Below, piece by piece: positions 27,789 through 36,827 of a stretch of 64,000 nucleotides of DNA. The DNA is taken from NCBI GenBank assembly GCA_964195565.1, contig CAXMRN010000075.1, positions 671 through 64,670 on the forward strand, given 5' to 3'. Numbering within the stretch: the first letter of the stretch is position 1; each line of letters opens with the position of its first letter. The position numbers were made by a program, and so were the translations under genes. This stretch comes from an uncultured Polyangiaceae bacterium (lineage in GTDB: Bacteria; Myxococcota_A; Polyangia; Polyangiales; Houyiibacteriaceae). The notes beneath the pieces are model-generated. The model had not been told where the DNA came from and ran no database searches. It was given only the letters and a program-made list of their open reading frames with translations.

Positions 27789-28525
27789 CTCCCCCGCCCG
27801 CAGCTGCGGTGAAGGGGGGCGCACGCCCCCAAGTGAGCCACCGGCGTCGGGATGTAGAGGGCATCGAGCGAGTCTACGTCTGGGACCTGGTCGTCCGGAT
27901 GAGTCATTGGATCATCATGATCTCGGTCTTCATCCTCGCCTTCACCGGGATCTACATCGGTGAACCGTTCCTCATCCCCGCTGGGGCCACCGAGGAGCAG
28001 TTGGTGATGGCGACCGTGAAGACCGTCCACTTCTACACCGCGATCTTCTTCGCGCTCGCGGTAGCGTCGCGCATCGCGTGGATGTTCGTCGGCTCGTACT
28101 ACGCACGCTGGCATCAGTTCGTGCCGATGAGTCCACGGCGACGTCGAGACGTCTTCGGCATGCTGAAGTTCTACACGCTGATCAACAAAGAGCCTCCGCT
28201 GAATGTTGGCCACAACCCGTTGGCGGGCATGACCTACCTGGCGGTGTTCGCGATCTACTTGACCCTGATCCTGACTGGGTTCGCTCTGTATTCGGTGAGC
28301 GCGGTGGGTTACATGCAGACGTGGGAGTTCCTCCTGCCGATCTTCGGTGGCGCGCAGATGGCGCGTTGGATCCACCACTTGGCGATGTGGTTCCTTCTCG
28401 GCTTCGTGGCTCACCACATTTGGAGCGCGATGCTGGTCTCCCGAGTCGAGGGCATGGGGCTGATCGACTCGCTGTTCAGCGGGTACAAGTTCCTGCCCAA
28501 GAGCTGGCGCAACCGGGATGAATGA
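27785..28525 (+). CDS. hupC: Ni/Fe-hydrogenase b-type cytochrome subunit
   Basis: 4 TM helices with conserved His ('RMSHW', 'ARWHQF', 'HHLAMW', 'VAHHIW'). The ATG at 27785 overlaps the hupL stop; the longer track ORF was rejected. Confidence 0.85.
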   Translation: MTPPPAAAVKGGARPQVSHRRRDVEGIERVYVWDLVVRMSHWIIMISVFILAFTGIYIGEPFLIPAGATEEQLVMATVKTVHFYTAIFFALAVASRIAWMFVGSYYARWHQFVPMSPRRRRDVFGMLKFYTLINKEPPLNVGHNPLAGMTYLAVFAIYLTLILTGFALYSVSAVGYMQTWEFLLPIFGGAQMARWIHHLAMWFLLGFVAHHIWSAMLVSRVEGMGLIDSLFSGYKFLPKSWRNRDE

Positions 28526-29063
28526 ACGCACACCAGTTCTCGTGCTGGGGCTCGGCAACGTCGTCTGCACGGACGACGGCGCCGGGATCGCGGCAATTCA
28601 CAAGCTGATGCGGGAGTACGACCTGCCGGAGGGCGTTCTCGCGCTCGACGGTGGCACGCTCGGCTTGTCTCTTCTTCCGCTCGTCGACAGCGCGGATCAG
28701 GTGATCTTGGTCGATGCGATCAAGGCGGACGGACCGCCCGGCACCCAAGTGCGAATTGAGGGAGAGGAGGTGGCTCCGGCAGTGTACGAGCGGCTTTCTC
28801 CCCATCAAATTGGGGTCGCGGACCTGCTGGCCGGCGCCAGCCTGCTCGACCGGTACCCCGATCGTGTCGTGGTGATCGGCGTCGTGCCCGAGTCGATCGA
28901 GCTCGGAATCGAACGCACGCCGGCGGTACAGGCCAGCATTCCCGAGCTGGTGGAGCGCGTGGTCGAGGAGTTGACCGCAATGGGCTACCCACCTGTTCGG
29001 GCCGAGGCTCGCGATGAAACCAATTGGGGCGCTGATCATGTCGCTCGCACTCTGGGCGTGTAG
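28518..29063 (+). CDS. hupD: Hydrogenase maturation endopeptidase
   Basis: 'VLVLGLGNVVCTDDGAG', 'DGGT.G..L', 'LVDA', 'SPHQ' motifs of the HyaD/HybD family. Confidence 0.85.
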   Translation: MNERTPVLVLGLGNVVCTDDGAGIAAIHKLMREYDLPEGVLALDGGTLGLSLLPLVDSADQVILVDAIKADGPPGTQVRIEGEEVAPAVYERLSPHQIGVADLLAGASLLDRYPDRVVVIGVVPESIELGIERTPAVQASIPELVERVVEELTAMGYPPVRAEARDETNWGADHVARTLGV

Positions 29064-29412
29064 CGCCCAGAACGACGGGGCCGCGTTCGACTACGCGAAG
29101 GTCGATGTTCCTCTCGATCAACTTGCGTCCGGCGAAACCCGTGCACGCGGGCGATCGCTCTTTCGAACCAAGTGTGCGCTGTGCCATGGTGTGCGTGCGG
29201 ATGGAAACGGCGTCCGTCGCCAAGGTCTGTCGCGAACACCTGCCAACTTCCAGAGCACGGAGTGGCGCGCGAGCACGAGCCCGCGCCGGGTCTACGAGGT
29301 GTTGAGCGAAGGCAAACGGGGCACATCAATGCCCGCCTGGCCGACGTTGAGCGACGAAGAAAAGTGGGAGGTTGTCGCGTACGTTCTCAGCGTGGCTGAA
29401 GACGGGCCGTGA
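29014..29412 (+). CDS. Small class-I c-type cytochrome with signal/lipoprotein-like leader
   Basis: 'CALCHG' haem-binding motif and distal 'GTSMPAWP' Met ligand. Leader 'IMSLALWACSAQ'. The start may be ATG 29038 rather than 29014. Confidence 0.75.
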   Translation: MKPIGALIMSLALWACSAQNDGAAFDYAKVDVPLDQLASGETRARGRSLFRTKCALCHGVRADGNGVRRQGLSRTPANFQSTEWRASTSPRRVYEVLSEGKRGTSMPAWPTLSDEEKWEVVAYVLSVAEDGP

Positions 29413-31688
29413 TGGCTGGAAGACGAATCGAGGTTCGCGGAACGGTTCAGGGCGTCGGTTTTCGTCCGTGGGTCTACCGAGCCGCGCAGCGTGTCGGGGT
29501 CGTTGGACGCGTTCGGAACGACCCGGGAGGGGTGACGATCGAGGCGTTCGGGCCGGAGACCGCGATCGAGGCGTTTCTTTCGGAATTACGGACGAATAGG
29601 CCAGTTTCAGCGAGGGTGCAGGAGCTCCGATCGAGCGTGATCCCCGAAGAGCACCTGGCAGAGTTCGTCATCGAGTCGAGCGTGGTCGTGGGGGACAAGG
29701 CCCTGTCCATTCCACCGGACCTCGCGACCTGTCCACAGTGCCAGGCCGAGGTTTCGGACCGCGAGGACCGGCGATACGGGTACGCGTTTACCAACTGCAC
29801 CGTCTGCGGGCCGCGGTTCACGATCGCGACCGACATTCCCTACGATCGCGCCGGGACGACCATGTCGGAGTTCGAGATGTGCCCCGCGTGTCGCCGCGAG
29901 TACGACGACGTCGACGACCGGCGGTTTCACGCACAGCCCAACGCTTGCCCAAACTGCGGACCGACTCTGTCCCTCCTGCGAGTGGCGGACCGCACCTCAA
30001 CAGCAGACGGGGCGCTGCAGGATACGGCGGAGCTTCTGACAAACGGAGCGATCGTCGGAGTCAAAGGTCTCGGCGGTTTTCACTTAGCGTGCGATGCCAC
30101 GAACGCGGTTGCGGTCCGCCTCCTTCGAGAAAGGAAGCACCGAGACGAGAAGCCGTTCGCGGTGATGGTGGCGAACCTCGAAGCCGCCGAACGGCTCGCC
30201 GAGGTGACCGACGAGGAGCGCGCACAGCTGACGGCCCGAGAACGGCCGATCGTCCTGCTCCACGCACGAACCGCCACGGACCTCGCCCCTGAGGTGAGTC
30301 CAGAAACCCCACTTTTGGGCGTTTTTCTGCCCTATACGCCACTGCACCATCTGTTGTTGGCGGCGGTGGGACGGCCCCTCGTCATGACCTCGGCCAACGT
30401 ATCGAACGAGCCTATCTGCCGTGACAACGACGAAGCGGCGCGGCGGCTCGATGGTATCGCGGATGCGATTCTGCTCCACGACCGGGACATTGCGATGCGC
30501 TGCGACGATTCGGTGGTGCGGGTAATCGCCGGCACGCCGACCATCATGCGGCGTTCGCGGGGGTTCGTCCCGAGGCCCTTTCATCTCGCGAGGTCTGTGG
30601 CACGGCCGGTGCTCGCGTGTGGAGCACATCTCAAGAACACCTTCTGCATCGCCGTGGGTGACACCGCGTATTTCGGCCCGCACATCGGTGACCTCGAAAC
30701 GTTGGCGGCACTCGAGTTCTTCGAGGAGGCGGTGGACAGGATGCAAACCATCCTCGATGTTCACCCGGAAGTCGTCGCTCATGATCTGCACCCTGGGTAC
30801 ATGTCGACGCGGTACGCGAGGATGCAGACGGACGCGCAAGCGGTGGGCGTGCAGCATCATCACGCGCACGTCGCAAGCGTGGTCGCCGAGCACGGCGTCG
30901 AGGGCCCAGTGCTTGGCGTCGCCTACGACGGCACGGGATTTGGTGAGGACGGGACCTCTTGGGGGGGCGAGTTTCTCCTTTGTTTTCCGGGCGGTTTCGA
31001 AAGGCTCGCGACCTTTCGGCCGGTGCCGCTTGCGGGCGGTGACCTCGCGATGCGTGAGGTTTGGCGGATCGCCTATGCGCTCATGCACGATGCCTTCGAC
31101 GGCGAGCCACCGGTCGAGTCTCTCGCCGTGTTTTCGAGCGTGCCGCGACAGACGCTGGGCGTGGTGTCGCAAATGATCGAACGCGAGCTGAACGCGCCAC
31201 TGGCGCGGGGCGTCGGCCGATACTTCGACGGTTTCGGCGCGCTGGCTTTGAATCGTCCAATGTCCACCTACGAGGGGCAGGTCGCGATCGCATGGGACCA
31301 CGCGGCGAACCCCTCGGAGGGAGGAACGTACCCCTTCGCCCTAGACCGAAGTGTGACCCCCACCGAAGTCGATCTCCGCCCCGCGATGCGCGCTGCCGTG
31401 GAGGACGTGCTGTCGGGCGTTCCGGCTGGCGACATATCGGCACGCTTTCACAACACCCTCGCGACCCTCACGACCGAGGTCATTGGGGGCCTCCTGGCAG
31501 AGTTCGGCGACCTGCCTGTCGCGCTCACCGGCGGAGTCTTCCAGAACGCCGGGCTCACAGCGAATATCATGAAAAAATTACCGAATGAAATCAAGGTGTT
31601 ACGGCACGCTGAAGTGCCGCCGGGAGACGGTGGAATCGCCCTCGGTCAGGCCTTGATCGCGGACGCAATTCTGGGAGACAAAGGTTAA
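29409..31688 (+). CDS. hypF: [NiFe] hydrogenase maturation carbamoyltransferase HypF
   Basis: Acylphosphatase domain 'VRGTVQGVGFRPWVYR', two CxxC-x18-CxxC zinc fingers, and YrdC and Kae1-like domains. Confidence 0.95.
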   Translation: MMAGRRIEVRGTVQGVGFRPWVYRAAQRVGVVGRVRNDPGGVTIEAFGPETAIEAFLSELRTNRPVSARVQELRSSVIPEEHLAEFVIESSVVVGDKALSIPPDLATCPQCQAEVSDREDRRYGYAFTNCTVCGPRFTIATDIPYDRAGTTMSEFEMCPACRREYDDVDDRRFHAQPNACPNCGPTLSLLRVADRTSTADGALQDTAELLTNGAIVGVKGLGGFHLACDATNAVAVRLLRERKHRDEKPFAVMVANLEAAERLAEVTDEERAQLTARERPIVLLHARTATDLAPEVSPETPLLGVFLPYTPLHHLLLAAVGRPLVMTSANVSNEPICRDNDEAARRLDGIADAILLHDRDIAMRCDDSVVRVIAGTPTIMRRSRGFVPRPFHLARSVARPVLACGAHLKNTFCIAVGDTAYFGPHIGDLETLAALEFFEEAVDRMQTILDVHPEVVAHDLHPGYMSTRYARMQTDAQAVGVQHHHAHVASVVAEHGVEGPVLGVAYDGTGFGEDGTSWGGEFLLCFPGGFERLATFRPVPLAGGDLAMREVWRIAYALMHDAFDGEPPVESLAVFSSVPRQTLGVVSQMIERELNAPLARGVGRYFDGFGALALNRPMSTYEGQVAIAWDHAANPSEGGTYPFALDRSVTPTEVDLRPAMRAAVEDVLSGVPAGDISARFHNTLATLTTEVIGGLLAEFGDLPVALTGGVFQNAGLTANIMKKLPNEIKVLRHAEVPPGDGGIALGQALIADAILGDKG

Positions 31689-31707
31689 TACCCGAAGGAG
31701 CTTTCCC

Positions 31708-32031
31708 ATGTGCTTAGGTGTGCCAGGCAAGGTGGTCGAAATCGATCACGAGAACCAGATCGCGACAGTCGACTTCTGGGGAGTCAAGAAGCAGGTGCGA
31801 CTCGAGGTCTGCGACGCACCGGTGGAGCCGGGCGACTTCATTCTGAACCACGTCGGGTTCGCCATCCGCCGCATCCCACCGGAAGATGCCGCCGAGACAT
31901 TGGCGCTGTACGACGAGCTGTTGCGTCTCGCGGACGAGCAAGATCTGATGACGGCAGATGTGCGCGCGGAGATCGACGCTGCCCCGGACGCGAATCGGCC
32001 AGCAACAGGAGCGCGCGATGAACGCAAGTGA
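31708..32031 (+). CDS. hypC: Hydrogenase assembly chaperone HypC (with extended acidic C-terminus)
   Basis: The 'MCLGVPGKVVEI' N-terminal Cys2 motif. Confidence 0.85.
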   Translation: MCLGVPGKVVEIDHENQIATVDFWGVKKQVRLEVCDAPVEPGDFILNHVGFAIRRIPPEDAAETLALYDELLRLADEQDLMTADVRAEIDAAPDANRPATGARDERK

Positions 32032-33166
32032 CGCGTTCGCCCAGCTGAAGTTCCGGGACCCGGAGCGTGCTCGCGGGCTTCGTGACGCACTCGACCGCCT
32101 CGTTCAACACGCGGACCACGCACCGGTGTCTGTGATGCACGTGTGTGGCAGTCACGAGCAAGCGATCGCCAAGTTCGGTCTGCGCGCGGCTTTCCCTGAG
32201 GATTTGCAGGTAATTATGGGGCCGGGTTGCCCTGTTTGCGTCACCGACGTTCCCGAGGTCGACGAAGCCGTGGCGCTCGCCAAGCAGGGCGTTCGCATCG
32301 CCACCTATGGGGACATGCTTCGCGTCCCGGGCACGTCGCAATCGCTTGCGGACGCGAAGGCGGAGGGCGCCAACGTCGACATCGTGTACAGCGTCACCCA
32401 AGCTGTGGAGCTCGCCCGAGAGAACGACGAAGAGGTCGTCTTCTTCGCATCGGGCTTTGAGACCACGGCGGTCGCAACGGCAGCGGTGCTGGTCGACGAT
32501 CCGCCGGACAATCTTTCCGTGCTGTCGGCGCACAAGTACATCCCGCCGGTCATGGAGATTGTCGCGGAGATGCCGGAGACAAAGATCGAAGGTTTTCTCG
32601 CAGCGGGACACGCGGCGACGATCACGGGCTCCGCGGTGTTCGAAAAGTTCGTGGAACGGCACCGCTTGCCGGTCGTCATCGCAGGCTTCGAGCCGCTCGA
32701 CGTGCTGGCCGGGCTCGCGAAGCTCCTCGAGGTGATCAACAGCGGCGAGCCCCGGGTAGAGAACGCCTTCCCACGCTGCGTGACGCGGGAGGGCAATGTA
32801 CACGCCCAGAAGCTCCTCTGGCGGGTGTTTCGGCCCACCGGCGGGCGCTGGCGAGGCATCGCGCATGTCCCGAACGGAAACCTGCGCCTGCGCGACGAGT
32901 TCGCCCAGTACGACACCCGCAAGCGATTCACGATCGACGCATCGGCGCTTTGGGACTACGCACCCCCCAAGCTCGTGGAGCGGTGTCAGTGCGGCGACAT
33001 CATGGCAGGCATCTCGTCGCCGGCGGGCTGTCAGCTCTTCGGCAAGGAGTGCACGCCGGACAAGCCGGTGGGCGCGTGCATGGTGAGCGCCGAAGGCACC
33101 TGCCGGATCTGGCATCAGTACGGGGGGCGTCCCGATCTCCGTTCGGTCAAACGAGGCGCTGCATGA
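32018..33166 (+). CDS. hypD: Hydrogenase maturation protein HypD
   Basis: 'HVCGSHE', 'GPGCPVCVT', and 'GFETTAV' motifs. ATG 32018 is preferred over the longer track ORF. Confidence 0.9.
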   Translation: MNASDAFAQLKFRDPERARGLRDALDRLVQHADHAPVSVMHVCGSHEQAIAKFGLRAAFPEDLQVIMGPGCPVCVTDVPEVDEAVALAKQGVRIATYGDMLRVPGTSQSLADAKAEGANVDIVYSVTQAVELARENDEEVVFFASGFETTAVATAAVLVDDPPDNLSVLSAHKYIPPVMEIVAEMPETKIEGFLAAGHAATITGSAVFEKFVERHRLPVVIAGFEPLDVLAGLAKLLEVINSGEPRVENAFPRCVTREGNVHAQKLLWRVFRPTGGRWRGIAHVPNGNLRLRDEFAQYDTRKRFTIDASALWDYAPPKLVERCQCGDIMAGISSPAGCQLFGKECTPDKPVGACMVSAEGTCRIWHQYGGRPDLRSVKRGAA

Positions 33167-34203
33167 CCCGCAACGCACGACTGATCGACGAACGGATCAC
33201 ACTCAAGTACGGCACCGGTGGCGGCGCGATGCGCGCGCTGATCGAGCAGGTCTTTGCGAAGGGCTTGGGCGACGTCGGAGAAGACGGCATCGGGCTCGCG
33301 GCAATGGACGACGGCGCGGCCATTCGTATCGGCGACCAGTACTTGGTCATCGCAACTGACTCTCACGTGGTCCAGCCAATCGAGTTCCCCGGGGGTGATA
33401 TCGGACGGCTGGCGGTGTCCGGAACCGTGAATGATCTCGCGATGATGGGTGCGACCGAGCCCTTGGCGCTGACCTGCGCTGCGATCATCGAAGACGGGTT
33501 CTCACGAGACGTCCTGATGCGGATCTGGGAGTCGATTCGCGCGACTTGCGAGGAGGCCGGAACGACGATCGTGACGGGCGACACCAAGGTGATGGGGCAC
33601 GGGGAGCTCGACGGGTTGGTGCTGAACACCACGGGTGTCGGACTCACGAAACGTTTGGTGTCCGACGCGGGGCTTCGACCGGGCGACAAGATCTTGGTCA
33701 CTGGGACGATGGGCGACCACGGGCTTGCGATCATGGCGACACGCAACGAGCTGGCGTTGGAGACCACGCTCGAATCGGATGTCGCTCCCGTACATACGCT
33801 CGTACGGCGGGCCCTCGACGTCGGAGGGGAGGGCGTGGTCGCGCTCAAGGATCCGACGCGCGGTGGGTTGTCTAGCGCGCTACACGAGATGGCGGAGAAG
33901 AGCGACGTGGGGATCATCGTGGACGAGACCGCGGTGCCTCTGCGCGACGAGGTTCGCGCGGTCGGAGAGCTCCTCGGCATCGACCCCCTGGTATCGGCGA
34001 ACGAAGGCAAGGCGGTCTTTGGGCTCCGGCCCGACTGTGCGGACGCTGTCCTCGATGCCATCCGCTCCCACCCCTTGGGCCGAAACGCAGCAATTGTAGG
34101 GGAATGCGTGGCGGAACGGCCGGGGTTCGTCGTGCTCGACACGGGGTTCGGCAGCCGGCTGCTCGCCGAAGCGGAGGGCGAGCTCCTCCCGAGGATCTGC
34201 TGA
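33163..34203 (+). CDS. hypE: Hydrogenase maturation protein HypE
   Basis: AIR-synthase-like fold, 'DSHVV.P..FPGGDIG', and the C-terminal 'PRIC' motif. The ATG at 33163 overlaps the hypD stop. Confidence 0.9.
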   Translation: MTRNARLIDERITLKYGTGGGAMRALIEQVFAKGLGDVGEDGIGLAAMDDGAAIRIGDQYLVIATDSHVVQPIEFPGGDIGRLAVSGTVNDLAMMGATEPLALTCAAIIEDGFSRDVLMRIWESIRATCEEAGTTIVTGDTKVMGHGELDGLVLNTTGVGLTKRLVSDAGLRPGDKILVTGTMGDHGLAIMATRNELALETTLESDVAPVHTLVRRALDVGGEGVVALKDPTRGGLSSALHEMAEKSDVGIIVDETAVPLRDEVRAVGELLGIDPLVSANEGKAVFGLRPDCADAVLDAIRSHPLGRNAAIVGECVAERPGFVVLDTGFGSRLLAEAEGELLPRIC

Positions 34204-34206
34204 CCC

Positions 34207-35049
34207 ATGGGCGCGATGAAACACATTCGGGTGGAGCGAGAAGGCGCGGTAGGCATCTTGACGATCGCGCGACGCGAGCGCCTCAACTCACTCGACGTGG
34301 AGACAGCCCAGGACTTTCGTCGAGCGGGTCTCCAACTTGCGCGCGACCGTGAGGTGCGCGCCGTGCTGATCCGAGGCGAGGGCGGCGTGTTCTGCAGCGG
34401 CGCCGACCTGAAGTACATCCGCGACGGTGGGGACCAAGGCGACCTCGGTTACTTGCAACCCGAGACGCGGAAACCAGACGAAGGCTACGGAGAGATTTTC
34501 AAGCAGATCCTCGAGTACATTCACAGCACGATCTCGGAGATCCGACGGGCGCCCAAGCCGTTCATTGCGGCGGTCGACGGCCCCGCCGCCGCCGGCGGTT
34601 TCGGGATCGCCATGAGTTGCGATCTCGTCGTTGCCTCGGAGCGCGCGTGGTTCGAGTGGGCGTACCTCAAGACTGGGCTCACCGGAGCCGAGAGCTCGAC
34701 CTTCTTCTTGCCCCGACTGCTGGGCCTTCGAAAGGCGCTCGAGCTGGTGCTGCTGAACCCACGTTTGAGTGCGAATGAGGCATTGGAGTGGGGGCTGATA
34801 AACCGCGTCTTTCCGGATGCTTCGCTTGATTCCGAGGCCCTTCGAATCGCGACGGAGCTGGCGAGCGCACCCACGGCAGCCGTCGGGGCGGCCAAGAGCT
34901 TGCTCAACCAAGCCGCAGGGATGGAGCGACTCGATGTCCACCTGGACGCGGAGCTCACCGAGCTCGCCCGAATCGCAGACGGCCCCAACTTTGCGGAAGG
35001 CCTCGCAGCCTTTTTTGGCAAACGCTCACCGGAGTTTGGAAGCGAGTAG
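34207..35049 (+). CDS. Enoyl-CoA hydratase/isomerase (crotonase) family protein embedded in the hyp operon
   Basis: 'FCSGADL', 'KPFIAAVDGPAAAGGFGIAMSCD' and 'FGKR' crotonase hallmarks. It starts 4 nt after the hypE stop and ends 4 nt before the hypA start. Confidence 0.85.
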   Translation: MGAMKHIRVEREGAVGILTIARRERLNSLDVETAQDFRRAGLQLARDREVRAVLIRGEGGVFCSGADLKYIRDGGDQGDLGYLQPETRKPDEGYGEIFKQILEYIHSTISEIRRAPKPFIAAVDGPAAAGGFGIAMSCDLVVASERAWFEWAYLKTGLTGAESSTFFLPRLLGLRKALELVLLNPRLSANEALEWGLINRVFPDASLDSEALRIATELASAPTAAVGAAKSLLNQAAGMERLDVHLDAELTELARIADGPNFAEGLAAFFGKRSPEFGSE

Positions 35050-35053
35050 TCAG

Positions 35054-35401
35054 GTGCATGAGTATTCCATCGTTGCTTCTCTGATCGACCGCGTGCAGCA
35101 AGAAGCCGCTGCGCACGGGGGAACGCGCGTACATCGCTTGCACGTCAAGATCGGTGAGCTCGCGGGAGTAGAGGTCGACTTGTTGAAGACAGCGTTCGAC
35201 ACATTTCGCGAACGAACGATCTGTGATGGCGCGGAGCTCGCCATTGCCACCGTGGCAGCGTGTTGGGCGTGTCCCTCGTGCGGCCGCCCGGTGGTGCGCG
35301 GGTCGATCCTTCGATGCGACACTTGCGGGCGGCCGGCCCGAATGGTCGAGGGCGACGAAATCATCTTGGAACGAATTGAAATGGAGGCCCCCGATGTGTG
35401 A
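35054..35401 (+). CDS. hypA: Hydrogenase nickel incorporation protein HypA
   Basis: (GTG)-HE N-terminal Ni-binding motif 'VHEYSI' and zinc site 'CPSCG...CDTCG'. Confidence 0.85.
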   Translation: MHEYSIVASLIDRVQQEAAAHGGTRVHRLHVKIGELAGVEVDLLKTAFDTFRERTICDGAELAIATVAACWACPSCGRPVVRGSILRCDTCGRPARMVEGDEIILERIEMEAPDV

Positions 35402-36143
35402 AACCTGCGGATGCGGTGACCCGGAAATCGTACCGATCGAGGTGCAGGAGCGAATCCTTTCGGACAACGATGCCCAAGCGGGCCATAATCGCAGTCATTT
35501 CGAAGGTTTAGGTCTCTTGGCGATCAATCTGATGGGATCGCCCGGCGCGGGCAAGACCGCAGTACTCGAGGCGACCGCCAGGGCGGCAGGGGGACGCTTG
35601 AAGCTCGGGGCGGTAAGCGGTGACCTCGCTACGGATCGAGACGCGAATCGGTTGAACGCGGCGGGGATCATTTCGTCCACCATTACCACCGGCTCGGCTT
35701 GCCACCTCGACGCGCGACTCGTGCACCGTGCGCTGCACGACTTTCCCTCTGATGACCGCGACATCTTTTTCATCGAGAACGTCGGGAACCTGGTGTGCCC
35801 CGCGATCTACGATCTTGGACAGGCCGCCAACGTGGTCGCACTGTCGGTCACCGAAGGCGAAGACAAGCCGCTCAAGTACCCAGTGATGTTCCAGAAGGCG
35901 GACCTCGTGCTGCTCACGAAGATCGACTTGATTCCGCACCTCGACTTCGATGTCGCGGAGGTAGAGGACGCGCTCGCGAGGGTCATGCCGGAAGCGAGCA
36001 TGTTGAAGGTGTCTGCAAAGACGGGCGAGGGAATCGACGGCTGGTTGCGGTGGCTCGAGGACCGCCGCCCGGCGCCGATCGAGCGCCCCGCAGAGGGCCA
36101 TCATCACGTGCACTCGCACGAGGGACGACATGAGCACCACTAG
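35394..36143 (+). CDS. hypB: Hydrogenase nickel incorporation GTPase HypB
   Basis: N-terminal 'MCETCGCG' metal site, 'GSPGAGKT' P-loop, 'ENVGNLVCP', 'TKIDL'. His-rich tail. Confidence 0.9.
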   Translation: MCETCGCGDPEIVPIEVQERILSDNDAQAGHNRSHFEGLGLLAINLMGSPGAGKTAVLEATARAAGGRLKLGAVSGDLATDRDANRLNAAGIISSTITTGSACHLDARLVHRALHDFPSDDRDIFFIENVGNLVCPAIYDLGQAANVVALSVTEGEDKPLKYPVMFQKADLVLLTKIDLIPHLDFDVAEVEDALARVMPEASMLKVSAKTGEGIDGWLRWLEDRRPAPIERPAEGHHHVHSHEGRHEHH

Positions 36144-36783
36144 CCTTTTCGTGTCGCTAGCAATCGGGGCTATCACCATAGGATCATTGCATTCTTTGGC
36201 ACCCGACCACTGGGTGCCGATCGCCGCGGTCGCGCGTGCACGGAACTGGTCGAGAGCACGGGCGGCACGGGTCGCGTTCATCTGCGGCCTCGGCCACGTC
36301 ACGGTGTCGGTCCTCCTCGGGCTGCTTGCGCTGATGTTTGGTGCACAGCTCTTTCAGTCACTCGGCGAGCGGATGGTGTCGGTCGCAGGCTTGCTTCTGA
36401 TCGGGTTCGGTGTGGCGTACGCGATCTGGGGATTGCGTGGTGCGTTCGTGCACCGACTTCACGGCCACCATCATCACCACTACGACCACGTGCACGACGC
36501 GTCGCGAGCATCGACATGGTCCCTGTTTTTGATCTACTGCGCCGACCCTTGCGTGGCGGTGATTCCAATCCTGTTCGCGGCGGCGCCTCTCTCGGCCGCC
36601 GAGACAATTTCGATCGTCGTCGCCTACGAGGTTGCGACCGTCGGCGCGATGGTCGCGCTCGTCGCGCTCGCGCACTCTGGCGCGCAGCTCTTCAAGGGGA
36701 AGTGGGTCGAACGCTACGGCGATAGCGCGGCCGGCGCCCTCATCGTTGCGACAGGAATCATGGTCGCCCTCCTCGATTGGTAG
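36130..36783 (+). CDS. NicO/RcnA-like nickel/cobalt membrane transporter
   Basis: 'HSLAPDH' (HX4DH-type motif) in TM1, His-rich loop 'HRLHGHHHHHYDHVHD', about 6 TM helices. It overlaps the hypB stop. Confidence 0.65.
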   Translation: MSTTSLFVSLAIGAITIGSLHSLAPDHWVPIAAVARARNWSRARAARVAFICGLGHVTVSVLLGLLALMFGAQLFQSLGERMVSVAGLLLIGFGVAYAIWGLRGAFVHRLHGHHHHHYDHVHDASRASTWSLFLIYCADPCVAVIPILFAAAPLSAAETISIVVAYEVATVGAMVALVALAHSGAQLFKGKWVERYGDSAAGALIVATGIMVALLDW

Positions 36784-36827
36784 GCCGGCAACGCGACATT
36801 CACATCTAGGGCACTATAGAAGAGGGT

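Noticed and set aside
30084-34418. Minus-strand ORFs of 405, 446 and 351 aa (30084-31301, 31838-33178, 33363-34418)
   Set aside because: They are antisense to hypF, hypD and hypE, whose translations carry unmistakable family motifs. The antisense products are Arg/Pro/Ser-rich.
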